The notes: generated by a model from the letters alone, not told the origin. A stretch of DNA of 63,913 bases, filler included, from Neolecta irregularis DAH-3 (GCA_001929475.1; 26 parts of 26 records of this genome joined end to end with filler, not necessarily neighbours in it); one strand, 5' to 3'. Positions 13,701 through 25,624 are shown, counted from the whole stretch's first letter. Made by a program: numbers and translations.

Positions 13701-14422
13701 GGTCGCTTTGTTTAATCGACGATTTGTTAGAGTTCATGGGACCTGAAGCTATAAATTACTCTCAACATTTTGCTTCTCAGCTGATGGTGGCGCTCGAAGA
13801 TAAAGGCATAATATCGATCGTCATGCGTTATTCGACTGACGGAGTAGATCCAGTGATTAGACAGGTTACGGCATACGGGATCGGTGTTGCTGCTCAATTT
13901 GGTGGTGAGGTTTTCTCTGAATTCTGTGCACATGCTTTGCCTCTGCTGTTCCAAATGACTGAAATTCCGGAAGCTCGCGACGATGACAACGTTTATGCGA
14001 CTGAGAATGCATGTGCTGCGATTGCGCGCGTATGTCGCTTTAATTCGAGTAAAATTCCGAATCTATCAAAAGTTATCAAAAGCTGGTTTTCAACTTTGCC
14101 CATTGTGAATGATGAGGAAGAAGCTCCTTTCGCATATATATTCTTGGCCGAACTCATCGAACAGTATTATGTGTTGTGCGATATAGTCCATTAACGGTAC
14201 AGGAATAACCCAGTCATCTCCGGTCACCAGGGTCAGTTGTTCCATTGCATAACCCAAGCACTTGAGGCAAATACAGTACAGGGAAAGAATGCCGAACGAG
14301 CAGTCGGGGCTCTCAAACAATTGATGACAATGTTACCCCCTGCTGAAGCACAAGCTCTCTTTCAACACATACCTCCTGAGCGGCAACAACTTCTTGCTAA
14401 TAAATTCCAGTTGTTCTGTTGA
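10738..14422 (+). CDS. PSE1: Importin beta-3 / karyopherin Kap121 (Pse1/Sal3), ~11 introns
   Basis: HEAT repeats: [98 protein letters not shown]. Includes a GC-AG intron at 13806-13847. Confidence 0.95.
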
Positions 14423-15182
14423 CCATTGCTTGTCCTTATCCAGCATGTGATTGGTGTCATAATTATAGATAATGCTATAAGTCACTTTGTATATTGATCA
14501 TGATTATTTGCATCAGACATTTTTGATAGTGACAAATGTAGTGCCTTAACCTGTGCTCAAATGTCCTGCCCACTATCGTCCTGGCAGCCCTCACTGCCCC
14601 AACTTCACCCACAGCCAGAGGTTGGTGGATGAGCAAATGGACAGGTGCAGGGGCAAGGTGATTGTATTTTGTGACGATGGGAATACACAGAGTACTAAAT
14701 GTTTGTCATTTTTCTTCTTTACCTACTGCACAAATTATACCTTTGTCTTTCCTTGACCACTTTTGCCGCGTCTCTGCTGGATAGGAGAACACTGGATGGA
14801 ATAACGGTCACACTGGTTCGCGTCCGCCCTCGTCCACAGGCATTCGTTCTCACTCACCCACCCTCACCCTTGTTAGTCGTAGCTATACTCACCCTCACCC
14901 GCCTCGCTATGTATCGCTATATATAGCCATACTCTCTTCAGACCCGCTCGCCGCCCTGCACAACGCATATGTAGCCGCCGCACAGGTTTTAGCCGCCAGA
15001 GAACTATCTTTAGAGGTTCTCATTGGACACATTGCAAACTTAGCCGCGAACCTACCCGAAATTGCAGTTTATGTGTTTCAGACGGATTAAACATTTCAGT
15101 GCCATAACTTTTTGCAAATTGGTCAGCAGTTTTCTATTTAATCGAACCCAATGCCATCGAGCATTTTCAATTCACATTCGCA

Positions 15183-15668
15183 ATGAAGTTTCTCGGTCTT
15201 CTACTATACTCCCTGTCCATTATCGCTATATCTGCAGAAGAGCATACCCACAGCTACTTTCAAATACTCGTCTCCAATTCCCAGGCCTGTGCTAAAGTTC
15301 TGGACTATCAATTAGTAATTGATTCTGCCGGGAGTCAATGTGGACGTTTCTTCATCGACCCCAAGCATAATTTGTTTTTCAGTGACCCGAATGGTGCTGC
15401 CAATAATAATATAGCCGTTTGGGAGGTCGACCATTACCAATTCCATTCCGACGATACCAAGTCCACGGATAAATTCGCGATCCAGCCCGATCAACAGAGT
15501 AGATTGACTCTGGGATTTCGGGACACCAGCGGATCCGTTCACTATAACTTTTTTCAATGTGGTTCCATGGATAACAGCCGAATTCAACAGACCGCTAATC
15601 CATTCTTAATGGACAATTTGCCAATGAATTGTTCGACCCTCACCCTCACGACTCAATTTGGAGTTTGA
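15183..15668 (+). CDS. Small secreted Cys-containing protein (161 aa), FxQC-motif family
   Basis: Signal peptide MKFLGLLLYSLSIIAISA, four Cys, NFFQCGS motif resembling the FYQC of the 52826 and 55730 proteins. Confidence 0.75.
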   Translation: MKFLGLLLYSLSIIAISAEEHTHSYFQILVSNSQACAKVLDYQLVIDSAGSQCGRFFIDPKHNLFFSDPNGAANNNIAVWEVDHYQFHSDDTKSTDKFAIQPDQQSRLTLGFRDTSGSVHYNFFQCGSMDNSRIQQTANPFLMDNLPMNCSTLTLTTQFGV

Positions 15669-15959
15669 AGTGAAATTAGCTGTTGAAAGGATTTTACTTA
15701 CGAAATAGGGTTGCTAGCAATATCGAAATTGAGGGAAGAAACACATGAATCAGACTCTCACATTAAGATTTAATATTTTTCAAGACACTGCTGAACAATG
15801 TGTCCAACCATTTTTATTTTGTTTTTAATATTGCAATACTATATCATAATGCAGGTGGTCTATATGGTTGTGAGCATAGGGTGTCTGGACTTGCCACTCA
15901 GGAGGTTTCCTTGGGAATATATGATCACAATCAGTGTTGGCAATAATATGCCAATAAAT

Positions 15960-16198
15960 ATGATATATCGTATATTGTGTGATATGATATGGGATTTTTC
16001 ATATTTTGCCAATATGATATAGGATTTTTCATATTTTGACAATATAAAATAGGATTTTTTATATTGTGACTATATGATATAAGATTTTTTCATATTGTTA
16101 CAATATAATATAAGATTATTTTCATATTGTGACCATATGATATGGGATTTTTTCATATTGTGACCATATGATATGGGTTTTTTTATATTGTGACAATA
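15960..16198. repeat. AT-rich ~30-bp tandem repeat (ATATTGTGACCATATGATATGGGATTTTTC-like)
   Basis: About 8 degenerate copies running into the linker. Confidence 0.9.
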
Positions 16199-16298
16199 NN
16201 NNNNNNNNNNNNNNNNNNNNNNNNNNNNNNNNNNNNNNNNNNTTAATTAATTAANNNNNNNNNNNNNNNNNNNNNNNNNNNNNNNNNNNNNNNNNNNN

Positions 16299-16399
16299 GA
16301 ACCGCCTATCTATATTATATACTACAATTTAATTGCCGCAATATTAATGCAAGCCTTCCTTCTGTATTGGTAATCGTGTACCAGAGGTATACGCTTAGA
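16299..16399 (-). mobile_element. LTR fragment, family A (5' part)
   Basis: Similar to 21548-21647 (GCCTATCTA..AATTGCCGCA.TATTA.TGCAAGCCTTCCTT..GGTAA). Confidence 0.7.
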
Positions 16400-17467
16400 T
16401 TGAAGGTACTCGATCAAAACCTAACTTTCTGCACCGGCTGCAACTCGATAAGGCCAAGTCTTGGTGATGGTAAAAACACTAAGGGCGCGTTTTGTAGCAC
16501 TGTCAAAATAATTTCATGAAATCAGATAACGTGAATATGTTTCGCATAATTGCAAAAAACCGTTTGTATTCCCTCGCCAAATCTTTCCAAGATCGCAGGT
16601 CCTCATCATTCAATGATCTCTTTACATCAACCACCATTCAACCAACCATATAAATGGAACACAACTCTCAAGAACTTATACATGTAATGAATTTCATGAA
16701 ATTCGAGGTGATTTTGTAAAAAGAGTTTGTCATAACGAAAATGATACACGTAGTATCATAGCGGTCATCTGATGGGTTTTCTATTGTTATACGTTTCATT
16801 GGTTTGCTACAATGACATGACTCACACTTGTAAATCTATTAGTCCTGTATCTGCACATTTGTAGGACGGGTGGATAATGTCCTATTCATCCCGCTAAGAA
16901 TTAAAGAATCGTTTCTCTCGTTTTTCCTATTTTCCGGTATGTTGCCAGAATCCTAAAATCCTCGAATACTCTACAACTACAACCTGTGTGTTACACGTTT
17001 TTGACAAAGTGGAATTTGGCAATTCTTTGAATTCCGATTTTAAGCACGTTTGGTGCGCACCGAATTTTATAGAATTTGGCAATTCTCCGAATTCCAATTT
17101 AAAGCGCGCGTTTTGTGCACCACATGAAAGAACAATTTATGAAATTAATTTATAATATCCCCACCCAACACGTTTGGCATGCATAATAGTGGGATACGGA
17201 CCAATAAAAATTGTACTTATACTTGAAAGGTATAGATGCTTAGGCTGGACATAGCAGCAAAAGAACATACAATGCTATCTCATCCTCGCCATCTTTTTCA
17301 CTCGCGATAAGGATGTAGTAGAAAACGGTCCATTGACATATAACAAAAGTCCTGTTTCTACAATGTAGAGAGAATACACTTCATAATCATTTTCTGAATC
17401 TCAAAGTCATCTGTTCACATCCTACCACTGGACACTAAAAAAAGGAGGCTCATGATCTCACTCAATG

Positions 17468-17743
17468 CTACTCAAAATCTTTCAAGTCCACCGGCCAGCC
17501 AGGCTTTTCAATGACAGTCCAGCTAGCTCTTTCCGCCATGCATTTTGCCATTGATGCAAACAGTTTGGCACTTTGAGTCTCATCACTAAAGTCAGAAGGT
17601 TCCTTTCCATGGCCAATCTGTGCATTCTGGACCCCAGACGCCATCAGGGTCATATTCATATTGGCATCGAAAGTTGGTTTAATTGCGGAGATAACCTTTC
17701 CAGATAGGATATCCTTCACGAGTTCTGGTTCCGCGCTGAGCGG
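17468..17743 (-). CDS. C-terminal fragment of an NADH:flavin oxidoreductase (Old Yellow Enzyme family)
   Basis: PLSAEPELVKDILSGKV...MASG.Q..QIGHGKEP.DFSDE resembles the C-terminus of fungal NADH oxidases. Cut by linker. Confidence 0.55.
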   Translation of the reverse strand, partial: PLSAEPELVKDILSGKVISAIKPTFDANMNMTLMASGVQNAQIGHGKEPSDFSDETQSAKLFASMAKCMAERASWTVIEKPGWPVDLKDFE

Positions 17744-17844
17744 TNNNNNNNNNNNNNNNNNNNNNNNNNNNNNNNNNNNNNNNNNNNNTTAATTAATTAA
17801 NNNNNNNNNNNNNNNNNNNNNNNNNNNNNNNNNNNNNNNNNNNN

Positions 17845-18030
17845 CAGGCCTTTTAATAGCCGCCAGCAGCAGGCTGGTATCAACCGGAACAAGTACAAAG
17901 GAAAGGAGAACGGAAACGGAAAACAGCAAAGATATAAACCCGGGAGCGGCAGAAGGCTGCACATCAGTTTACCAGCCTCCCCGGAAGTAGCGATACAAGA
18001 AACAAAAGAGAAGAAAATAGGGAACGCCAG
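17845..18030 (-). repeat. Dispersed repeat family B
   Basis: Reverse-complement homology to 41735-41890 and 33255-33365 (CTACTTCCGGGGAGGCTGGTAAACTG..TGTGC, TTTGTAC, GATACCAG..TGCTGCTGGCGGCTATTAAAAG). Confidence 0.8.
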
Positions 18031-18388
18031 TATCTTTCTAGGCCTGCCAGAATGGTGTAGAGTGACGAAGGGAGGGGGAGGAAGGTTGGGTGGTTTCTCG
18101 CGGAAAAGACGAATATATTTGTTGATCATGTTGACCGTGCCACAGGCTTAGCCCGGCCCATTAAAAGCTCGTGGGCTTAGCACTCAACTCTTTCCGGCCT
18201 ATCTCAGTCGATGTAGATGTGTTTCACATCATTTGTGGCTTTTATTTCCGAGACATTACGGAAAAGCCAGAAGCAACTATCTTGCGTCATCTATACAAGG
18301 GCTTGATCCTGGAAAAAGGTTTTACACAACTCTTCACTCGATAGGCTTATACCGCACAAATCACCTTGCAGTCCATTTACCCTATATC

Positions 18389-19684
18389 ATGTTTAAGATC
18401 TTGTGGTCGATCGTGCTTCATACGAATCTCATTTGCGCCGCCTCATACCTCGGTCATTTCACAAAGGTCGAAATTAATTTGGATAATCCTTTGGTTCGCG
18501 CCCTTGACAAATCCTTTGTACAAGAGAAGATAGAGATATGTGCAGAGAAATGCTTCTTGGAAAAGTATTTCTGTAATTCATTCGTCCTCGTCTTTACTGC
18601 GAACCAAGTCATCCGATGTGTAACATCTGAGTACACGGATTGTTATCCGCATGTTAGAACTAGTCTTCTAATGATAGCACGCGCCAAGTAAGCACCTGTG
18701 ACATATGGAAATTGATAATATAGTTTCAAGGAACCACGAAAAGTTGACTTGCAAGATGAGTTTTCCCGCAATATAAAATCCAGTACAGAGTGGATCAAGG
18801 ACGTTAAAATGGGATATCCAGAAGGCGTACAGGGAAAAGACTGGGAATCCTTTTTGCTTGGCTGCTGGGAATCTGCGGTTAAAGGAAAACCAGTAACTGT
18901 AGTCGATATTATTGAGGAAAATGGTCTTTTGTCAGCTACCCGTGATTCAGGAGAGCGAGATGCTAAACGACGCAAACTCTCTGGCGATGAAGAAATCAGC
19001 GTTGAACGCACAGTCTCAAGACATTCGATCACCGAAGAAATCGGTGTTGGCCTCAAATCATGGCCTGAATCTTCAGAATTCTCAGACATAATTGCGCTGG
19101 CTTTTCTCGATATATTCAGCCACAACATTAATGGAGACTACACTACTGTTTTCGATCCAATAAAAAAGTCTTTGTTTATCCATGGAGAAGGCAATTACCT
19201 TTTTATCGTTTCATATGGCAACGGGGATTACGTTATCATAAGTGACCGGTTGAATGCTGTACGACCACCAAGCATTTATGTAGTGGGTCCCTATCAGAAA
19301 ATCCAGTCCGTATCTGCCTTTAAAATGTTTTTAGGAGCTATGAATCTTCTAGGCCACCAACAGACCTCTCGTCGTCCTGATGAATTTCCAATAGGTGCAT
19401 ACCCTGGTGATAATACGGGATCAGCATTAGTTGTTATATTATTTGCAAGAGCCGTCCTTCTGCCGACTTCGAACTCATACTACTACACCGATATATACAA
19501 TCGCTCAGAGCCTGGTATTCTGAAATGTCTTATCGACATGGTGCCATTTGTGCTCTCGAAAGTATATGACAAGAAGATTAGATCCAAGACAACTCAGTCT
19601 CGATTATGGAAAAGCAGTGTGGAAAACCATTTTGAAAAAAGTATGCTTGATATTATTACAGTTCCCAAAAGCGATTCTGGGTAA
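18389..19684 (+). CDS. Orphan secreted protein (~420 aa): signal peptide, Cys-rich PAN-like module, basic NLS-like motif
   Basis: MFKILWSIVLHTNLICAA start. 36-nt intron 18688-18723 (GTAAGC..TAG) joins the two ORFs in frame. CAEKC..CNSF..C module, ERDAKRRKLS motif. Paralog at 21945-22875. Confidence 0.8.
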
Positions 19685-19855
19685 TAGTGTGTGGCACCGC
19701 TGACGGGATATTGACTGCCACATCAAAATTCAACTCAAAGTCGTCAACCCACTCANNNNNNNNNNNNNNNNNNNNNNNNNNNNNNNNNNNNNNNNNNNNT
19801 TAATTAATTAANNNNNNNNNNNNNNNNNNNNNNNNNNNNNNNNNNNNNNNNNNNN

Positions 19856-20258
19856 GCAAATGTTGCCACCGAAACTGCAGGTACGTTATGAAGGACCATT
19901 CAAGATCTCAAGAAAAATATCGGATCTTAATTACGAATTGGAGTTACCACCTTCATCACTCATCCACCCTGTTGTTCACATCAGTTGGCTGAAACGAAAA
20001 ATTGAAATGGCAGAATTAGTTAAGCAAGAACTGCCTGTCCCAGGACCATCAAAAATCTATAGTGATGGGTCTGGGGAGTATGAATTAGAAGCCATCCTCG
20101 ACCAGAAAAGAGTTGGGAATGGCTATAAGTACCTTGTCCGATGGAAAGGATATGGTCCTGAGGACGATTCGTGGGTTCGGAAGTCAGAGTTGAGCAAAAC
20201 TGCTTGGAAATTACCAAGTGATTGGAACTCAGCTCATGTGTCAAGGGGGGGACTGTAA
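19856..20258 (+). mobile_element. Chromovirus pol C-terminus (GPF motif + chromodomain)
   Basis: KLQVRYEGPFKI, IHPVVHISWLK, EYELEAILDQKR..YLVRWKGYGPEDDSW. Polypurine tract 20243-20252. Confidence 0.92.
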
Positions 20259-20509
20259 GGAGTGCACGCTGGTGGTTAGTATAAACACCAGATGCGGTCT
20301 AGTGGTGGAAGGTCCCGGAAGATACTGGAACCTTCCAGTATATTCTGTAGCCACTAATTAGTGGCATTATTATACTATAAGTAGATAGGCTGATGACGGC
20401 AGTACTCTTGTCTTCAACCAAGAGTACTGACGAGTCAGGTACGTAGCAATACAGGTCTTCAACCAAGAGTACTGACGTGTCAGCCCTAACTGATACATGG
20501 TATCTTACA
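20254..20509 (+). mobile_element. 3' LTR (256 bp, TGTAAG...CTTACA)
   Basis: Directly follows the PPT. Same length as, and highly similar to, 57340-57595. Confidence 0.92.
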
Positions 20510-20707
20510 ACTGGGGGATCAAGTTACCCTAGGACTGGGATTACGACACTGCCTTGCATTGGTCTTGGGAGCAATCCTTTGAGACTGCTGCTAGGTTAAA
20601 GTGGGGGAAATAGAACCGTGACGATCAGCGAGCACAGAAGCTCCACATATTGTCACTAATTAGCTTCTATAGAAAGGAGCTGGTTACAGCTCAGGCCATT
20701 CAACACA

Positions 20708-21330
20708 CTAAAACGGGAGGTTATGGATAGTTATTAGTTGAGCAAGTACTTCATGAAATGCTTTCTTATTAATAGCAGATTTAAGATAACGCTCCTGCTC
20801 AAAATCACGTCCTTCCTGTGATTGTGATTGCCGACCAAATATAAGATTCAAAGTATTCTTCTTGGCCTGTTCAACAGGTGTTAAAGCTTCACTTTGGACC
20901 TTTGTATTGTGGATATTAAGCATATGCGATCGAGCTCGACTTAGCGCTGCACATCTGTGGCCACATCTCACACAATACCAAAACTTATGCCCATGTTCGT
21001 CTCGTTGCAATTCCTGATTCTTGGCAGGGCGTGCATAGGCCCATATCACTATTGTGGTTGTTTTGCGGAGTTTCGTACTTGGTGAGAGATCAGACATATC
21101 TCTTTTCTCCCAGTTGGATCTAGATGTAGTAGATTGTGACTCTGCCAGCTCAGAATTTTGGTCAAAAAACTCTGAGTCAGAGGACTGATCAATAGGAATA
21201 GGTGATGTTGAATTTGAAGCCATTTTTGAATAGTAGTTGTAAACAGCTAAGATCCGCGATGGTTACACGAACGCGATCAGGTTACACAAGGCACACTAGC
21301 GGATCTTGTATGACACTCCAGGCTGTGTTA
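20708..21330 (-). mobile_element. hAT-like DNA transposon 5' remnant (BED finger transposase N-terminus)
   Basis: IWAYARP..FWYCVRC..RARSHMLNIH and F.EVL.QLITIHNLPF are typical of fungal hAT transposases. ORF truncated; putative left end near 21330. Confidence 0.7.
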
Positions 21331-21476
21331 CTTAATAAGCAACAATGAACAAGTCTATTATCTCAGAAGATACAAANNNNNNNNNNNNNNNNNNNNNNNN
21401 NNNNNNNNNNNNNNNNNNNNTTAATTAATTAANNNNNNNNNNNNNNNNNNNNNNNNNNNNNNNNNNNNNNNNNNNN

Positions 21477-21647
21477 GTTGAAGCTCGAGTTCGAATAAGA
21501 CCAGGTTTATTATACTAGCCTGAGTGACTGAACTCGTCTAGGTAATGAACGCCTATCTACTTTATATAATACAAATTAAATTGCCGCAGTATTATTGCAA
21601 GCCTTCCTTACGTAATGGTAAGCTCTACCTGAGGGTATATGCTTACA
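21477..21647 (-). mobile_element. LTR, family A (nearly complete)
   Basis: Begins TGTAAGC at 21647 on the minus strand; matches 22976-23120. Confidence 0.8.
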
Positions 21648-21944
21648 GTGAGTGTCTGCGATGGGTATGGGCGACAAGGGCGGACGAGTGCGGACGCGGG
21701 CGACGAGCAGGAGACAGAAATGACTATTGATGGATTCAAAATCACAAAGTGAACATGGTGGTCTATCAAGTCAAAATGATCGTTATGGGAAATAGATCGG
21801 CTGCTTGCCCTGTAGATTGATTCAATAGTCTTACAACTAGTAGTCTTACCAGTAATAATCTGCAAACAATAAAGTCTCCTAGTGAAGAAAGAAACGCACT
21901 CTGAACATACAAAATATACCAAAATAAACCTTATCTAGGTCCCA

Positions 21945-22875
21945 CTACCTATTACCAGAATCGCTTCTTGTAATAATACCAATATCTGTAAAATGGGTTT
22001 CCAGGCTGTTTTTCCATAATCGAGACTGAGCTATATTGGATCCAATGTTTTTCCCATATACTTTAGAGAGCACAAATAACACCATGTCGGTAAGACATTT
22101 CTGGGATAGAGTGGATGGGCGTGTACCCCGGTAGTTATCCCTCAGAAGAATATGTGTCGCCTCGAATATAACGGTCAACGATGGTTGACTATGATTAAGT
22201 TCTCCAACTACTGCTGAATAAATAAAGGTCTGTCTGTGGCCTAGAAGATTCATAGCTTCTTCAAATATTTTCCTGGCAGATTCGACCTGGATGTCCTGAT
22301 TGTAGCCTATTTTCCATATGACTGGTTGAAGAATGGAACTGTACTCTATCATAACGTAATTTTCCTTGCCATATGAAACAATGAGAAGGTACATGTCATT
22401 TCCATGGATAAACAAAGACTTCTTTATTGGATCAAAAACGGTAGTGAAGGGTGGAACAATGTTTTTGCTGAATATCTCGAGAAAAGCGAGCACAATTATG
22501 TCTGAGAATTCCGAAGATTTTGGCCATGATTTGAGGGCAAGGTCGATTTCTTCGGTGATGGAATGGCCACGGATTTTGCTGCTAACGCTGATTTTTTCAT
22601 TGACCAAATCTTCAGAGATTTTGAGTCGTTTGGCCTTTCGCTCTCCTGTATCATTGTCCTCAATAAAATCACCTGTATCCTTATCCTTAACAATATCGAC
22701 TACAGTTGCTGGTTTGCCATTCATCGCAGATTTCCAGCAGCCATCCAATAAAAGATCCCAGAATGGATTGAGTACCCAGCGTAAATATCCCTTTTCAACG
22801 TTATCAATCCACGTTTGACTGGGTTCCATATTGTGAGAAAACTCGTCAACAACGTTAAATTTTCGTGGTTCCTTG
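21945..22875 (-). CDS. Paralog of the 18389 secreted protein (5' truncated)
   Basis: Shared blocks KEPRK, GCW.SA..GKP.TVVDI, HSITEEI...LKSWP.SSEFSDII.LAFL, TTVFDPIKKSLFIHG, AMNLLGH.QT, QSRLWK.S.E.HF. NLS-like ERKAKRLK. Confidence 0.85.
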
Positions 22876-22975
22876 NNNNNNNNNNNNNNNNNNNNNNNNN
22901 NNNNNNNNNNNNNNNNNNNTTAATTAATTAANNNNNNNNNNNNNNNNNNNNNNNNNNNNNNNNNNNNNNNNNNNN

Positions 22976-23120
22976 TTTAATTTGTATTATATAAAGTAGA
23001 TAGGCGTTCATTACCTAGCCAAGTTCAGTCACTCAGGCTAGGTATGTCCGCAGGAAGTTCAGTCACTCAGGCTAGTATAATAAACCTGGTCTTATTCGAA
23101 CTCGAGCTTCAACACTTACA
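22976..23120 (+). mobile_element. LTR fragment, family A (ends CTTACA)
   Basis: Near-identical to the reverse complement of 21477-21580, with an internal duplication. Confidence 0.8.
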
Positions 23121-23514
23121 ATCGTAGTCATTTCTCTTATAGCCGCAACAAGCTATACAAATCCAATTTAATATCTTCCTCTAGTGAATCAAGAACTTCC
23201 CATGTTTCCGCTATAATTACTATAATCCGTTGAACAATTAACTACATAGGAGCGAAGTGACAGGCTACTTCTTCGTCAAATCATTCTTAGTTGGTTTTGA
23301 TATGCCTAGTTCTAAGGCGGTAGAGAAACTGAATAAATCGAGCCGGTCATACTTCGATGATGAACACAAATGAAGGATTTTTATCGAAATCTAAACTATG
23401 TATAGGATCTCGACAGGCTTCGGCTGTTTACCCTCAACACTTGATACTCCAATTATACTCTACATATGAGGACAAAAGCGATGTAACCCAAACTCCAATG
23501 GCCAAATAATGAAT

Positions 23515-24921
23515 TCATACATCTTTCAATAATCGACTGGAAGCAACCTTTGCAATATCCCAACGGCGCTTCAAATGGGTAGTTAAGCAACCGCGAATAA
23601 CTTCACTCAGGTCATAACCTATGGCTTGCCAGAGGCTATCCTCAAGGACAAAAGCCTCATCACCCCGTCGTCCAAGAAGGAATTCAAGCCTCCATCGAGA
23701 ATGAAATGCCCCAACTTCTTCGCGATAGAAGCCGGACATCTCATATAATACCACACCCAAAGCCCATATATCCGCCTTCTTTAAGTCCTCTTTTCGACCT
23801 CTCCTGTAGACTTGATATGACCACATTTCTGGAGCGATCATCTGTTTAGTCCCATACTCGTACTCAGTAGGAGGAGACCAACGGGTACCTTTAGTAGAGA
23901 GACCGAAATCAATGATGACTGGACGGAAGCATCGACCATCACATTGACCAAAATGAGAAACAACAGCATAATGAGTATAGGAATCCTTATAAAGGAGGAC
24001 ATTCTCTGCTTTGATATCACCATGGCCTACATTGTTCATGTGTATGTGCTTGATACCAGCCGCGATTCCGCGAACTAAATGCTTTAAGGTTTCAGGACGA
24101 AGGGCGTGACCGGCTTTATGAGGTTCATACTTTTCTTTAAGATATTGATGGAGGTCGCTATAAGCTAGGGGAGTTTCGATGAATGTGTATGGTCCAGCGT
24201 CAATCAGATTAAGGGCACTCTGAACGTTTTGATGATGAGATAGAAGCTTTGTGATCTCGACTTCAGCCTTTGCTGCACTCATGGCGTGACTGTCAGTCTT
24301 ACGAATGAACTTGATAGCTCGATATCCTGATTTGATAACAAAGCCCCCACCGCCATGAGCAATAATTTTTTCAAGTCGACAGCTGTGAAGAAAGATGCTT
24401 GAACGAATTGCTGCAGCAAAGTTGACTTGAAGGGCATGTCTTTTGGCGTCTTTGTAGTTTCGAAATTTATCATCACTGAGAATGAGCTTGCGTACATTGT
24501 CTTCTATATTGTCCAGCTCGATAAACTGTACGGTCGATATAAGTGATATGGGACGATTCTGTCAGAGTAAGCTCTGAGGTCAATTTAAGGCTGGCACCTT
24601 TTCCACTACATCAGCGGCAATCATTTTGAGAAATAGGGGATCCGGCAAGGCCATCAAGTCGGGCCTAGAAAGATCGGCATGTTCGATATCTATACCCGAG
24701 TTTTGCCACCGAATTCCCTGTTGTCGAGTACTCGAACCGACCAAGGTTCTGTCTTGCCCATAGATAGTATTTCGGCCGCTGTATACTTGCTTTTTCACAT
24801 TGATACGGAGTTTTTTGTTCATCAAACTAATGATATCCCCAATCTCATCCTTGATTTTTCGAACGACCTTGTTACGAAATTGGGTCACACGCGTCTTGCG
24901 AGGGTTTTCCCATACAGTCAT
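23515..24921 (-). CDS. Divergent Ser/Thr protein kinase
   Basis: Intron 24559-24597 (GTGCCA..CTGACAG) joins the N-terminal ORF to the kinase frame. AHGGGGFV loop, AIK, alphaC Glu, HGDIKAEN, DFG, APE, DIWALG. Confidence 0.85.
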
Positions 24922-25624
24922 GATTGAATATACGAATAACAAGAAACAGAGTGGGAGTGGAGTGTGGATGTACACAAACTGAAGGCTGCTAGCGTGGACA
25001 TTGTCTGAAACATCAACACCGTGCTGCTTCGGGCATGGCCAAGATTAATAAATTTACCGCGCAAAGGCAAAGGCAAATGCGTAAAGCCTCAAGTGTATCC
25101 GTATGGCAAGTCAGCGACACGAGGAGGCTTAATTTCTTTTCTTCCAGCATTCATATCTCTTGAAATTGCCCTACGCCCAGAAGTATCGGTGTTTGCGGGT
25201 TTTAAAATCAAAAAAGAAGAGACATCGATATAGTGGAGAACTCGGCGAAGAATCTAACTGAATGAGATCCATGTTGAACTCAACTAAAACCCTGGTCTGC
25301 AAAGCGAACAATGTATTCATTGTACAGCTTGTGACAGAATGAAGTCAGGTTTTAGTCGGGGCTTGAAAAGCTTTGGCGCCGCATTATTAAACCCTTCGGA
25401 ATATTCACCGATCAGCACCAGAAGAGACGATGCGCTCCTTCTTTCGTCCAAATGCCGACGATCTCATTGTACTATAATGAAAGGATGGACTAGTGTCTAT
25501 TGAATATAACACAAGATGAACAGGTTAAACCCAAAGTCGACCTTTGGTTGACCCATTTAATTCTACTAAGCTTTACAATCTCCCTTCTTTGAAGATGCCT
25601 GGGAACCTGTGGAGATACTGCTAT

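Noticed and set aside
15960-16198. ~30-bp repeat array as a CRISPR array
   Set aside because: No unique spacers and a eukaryotic context; it is a simple satellite.
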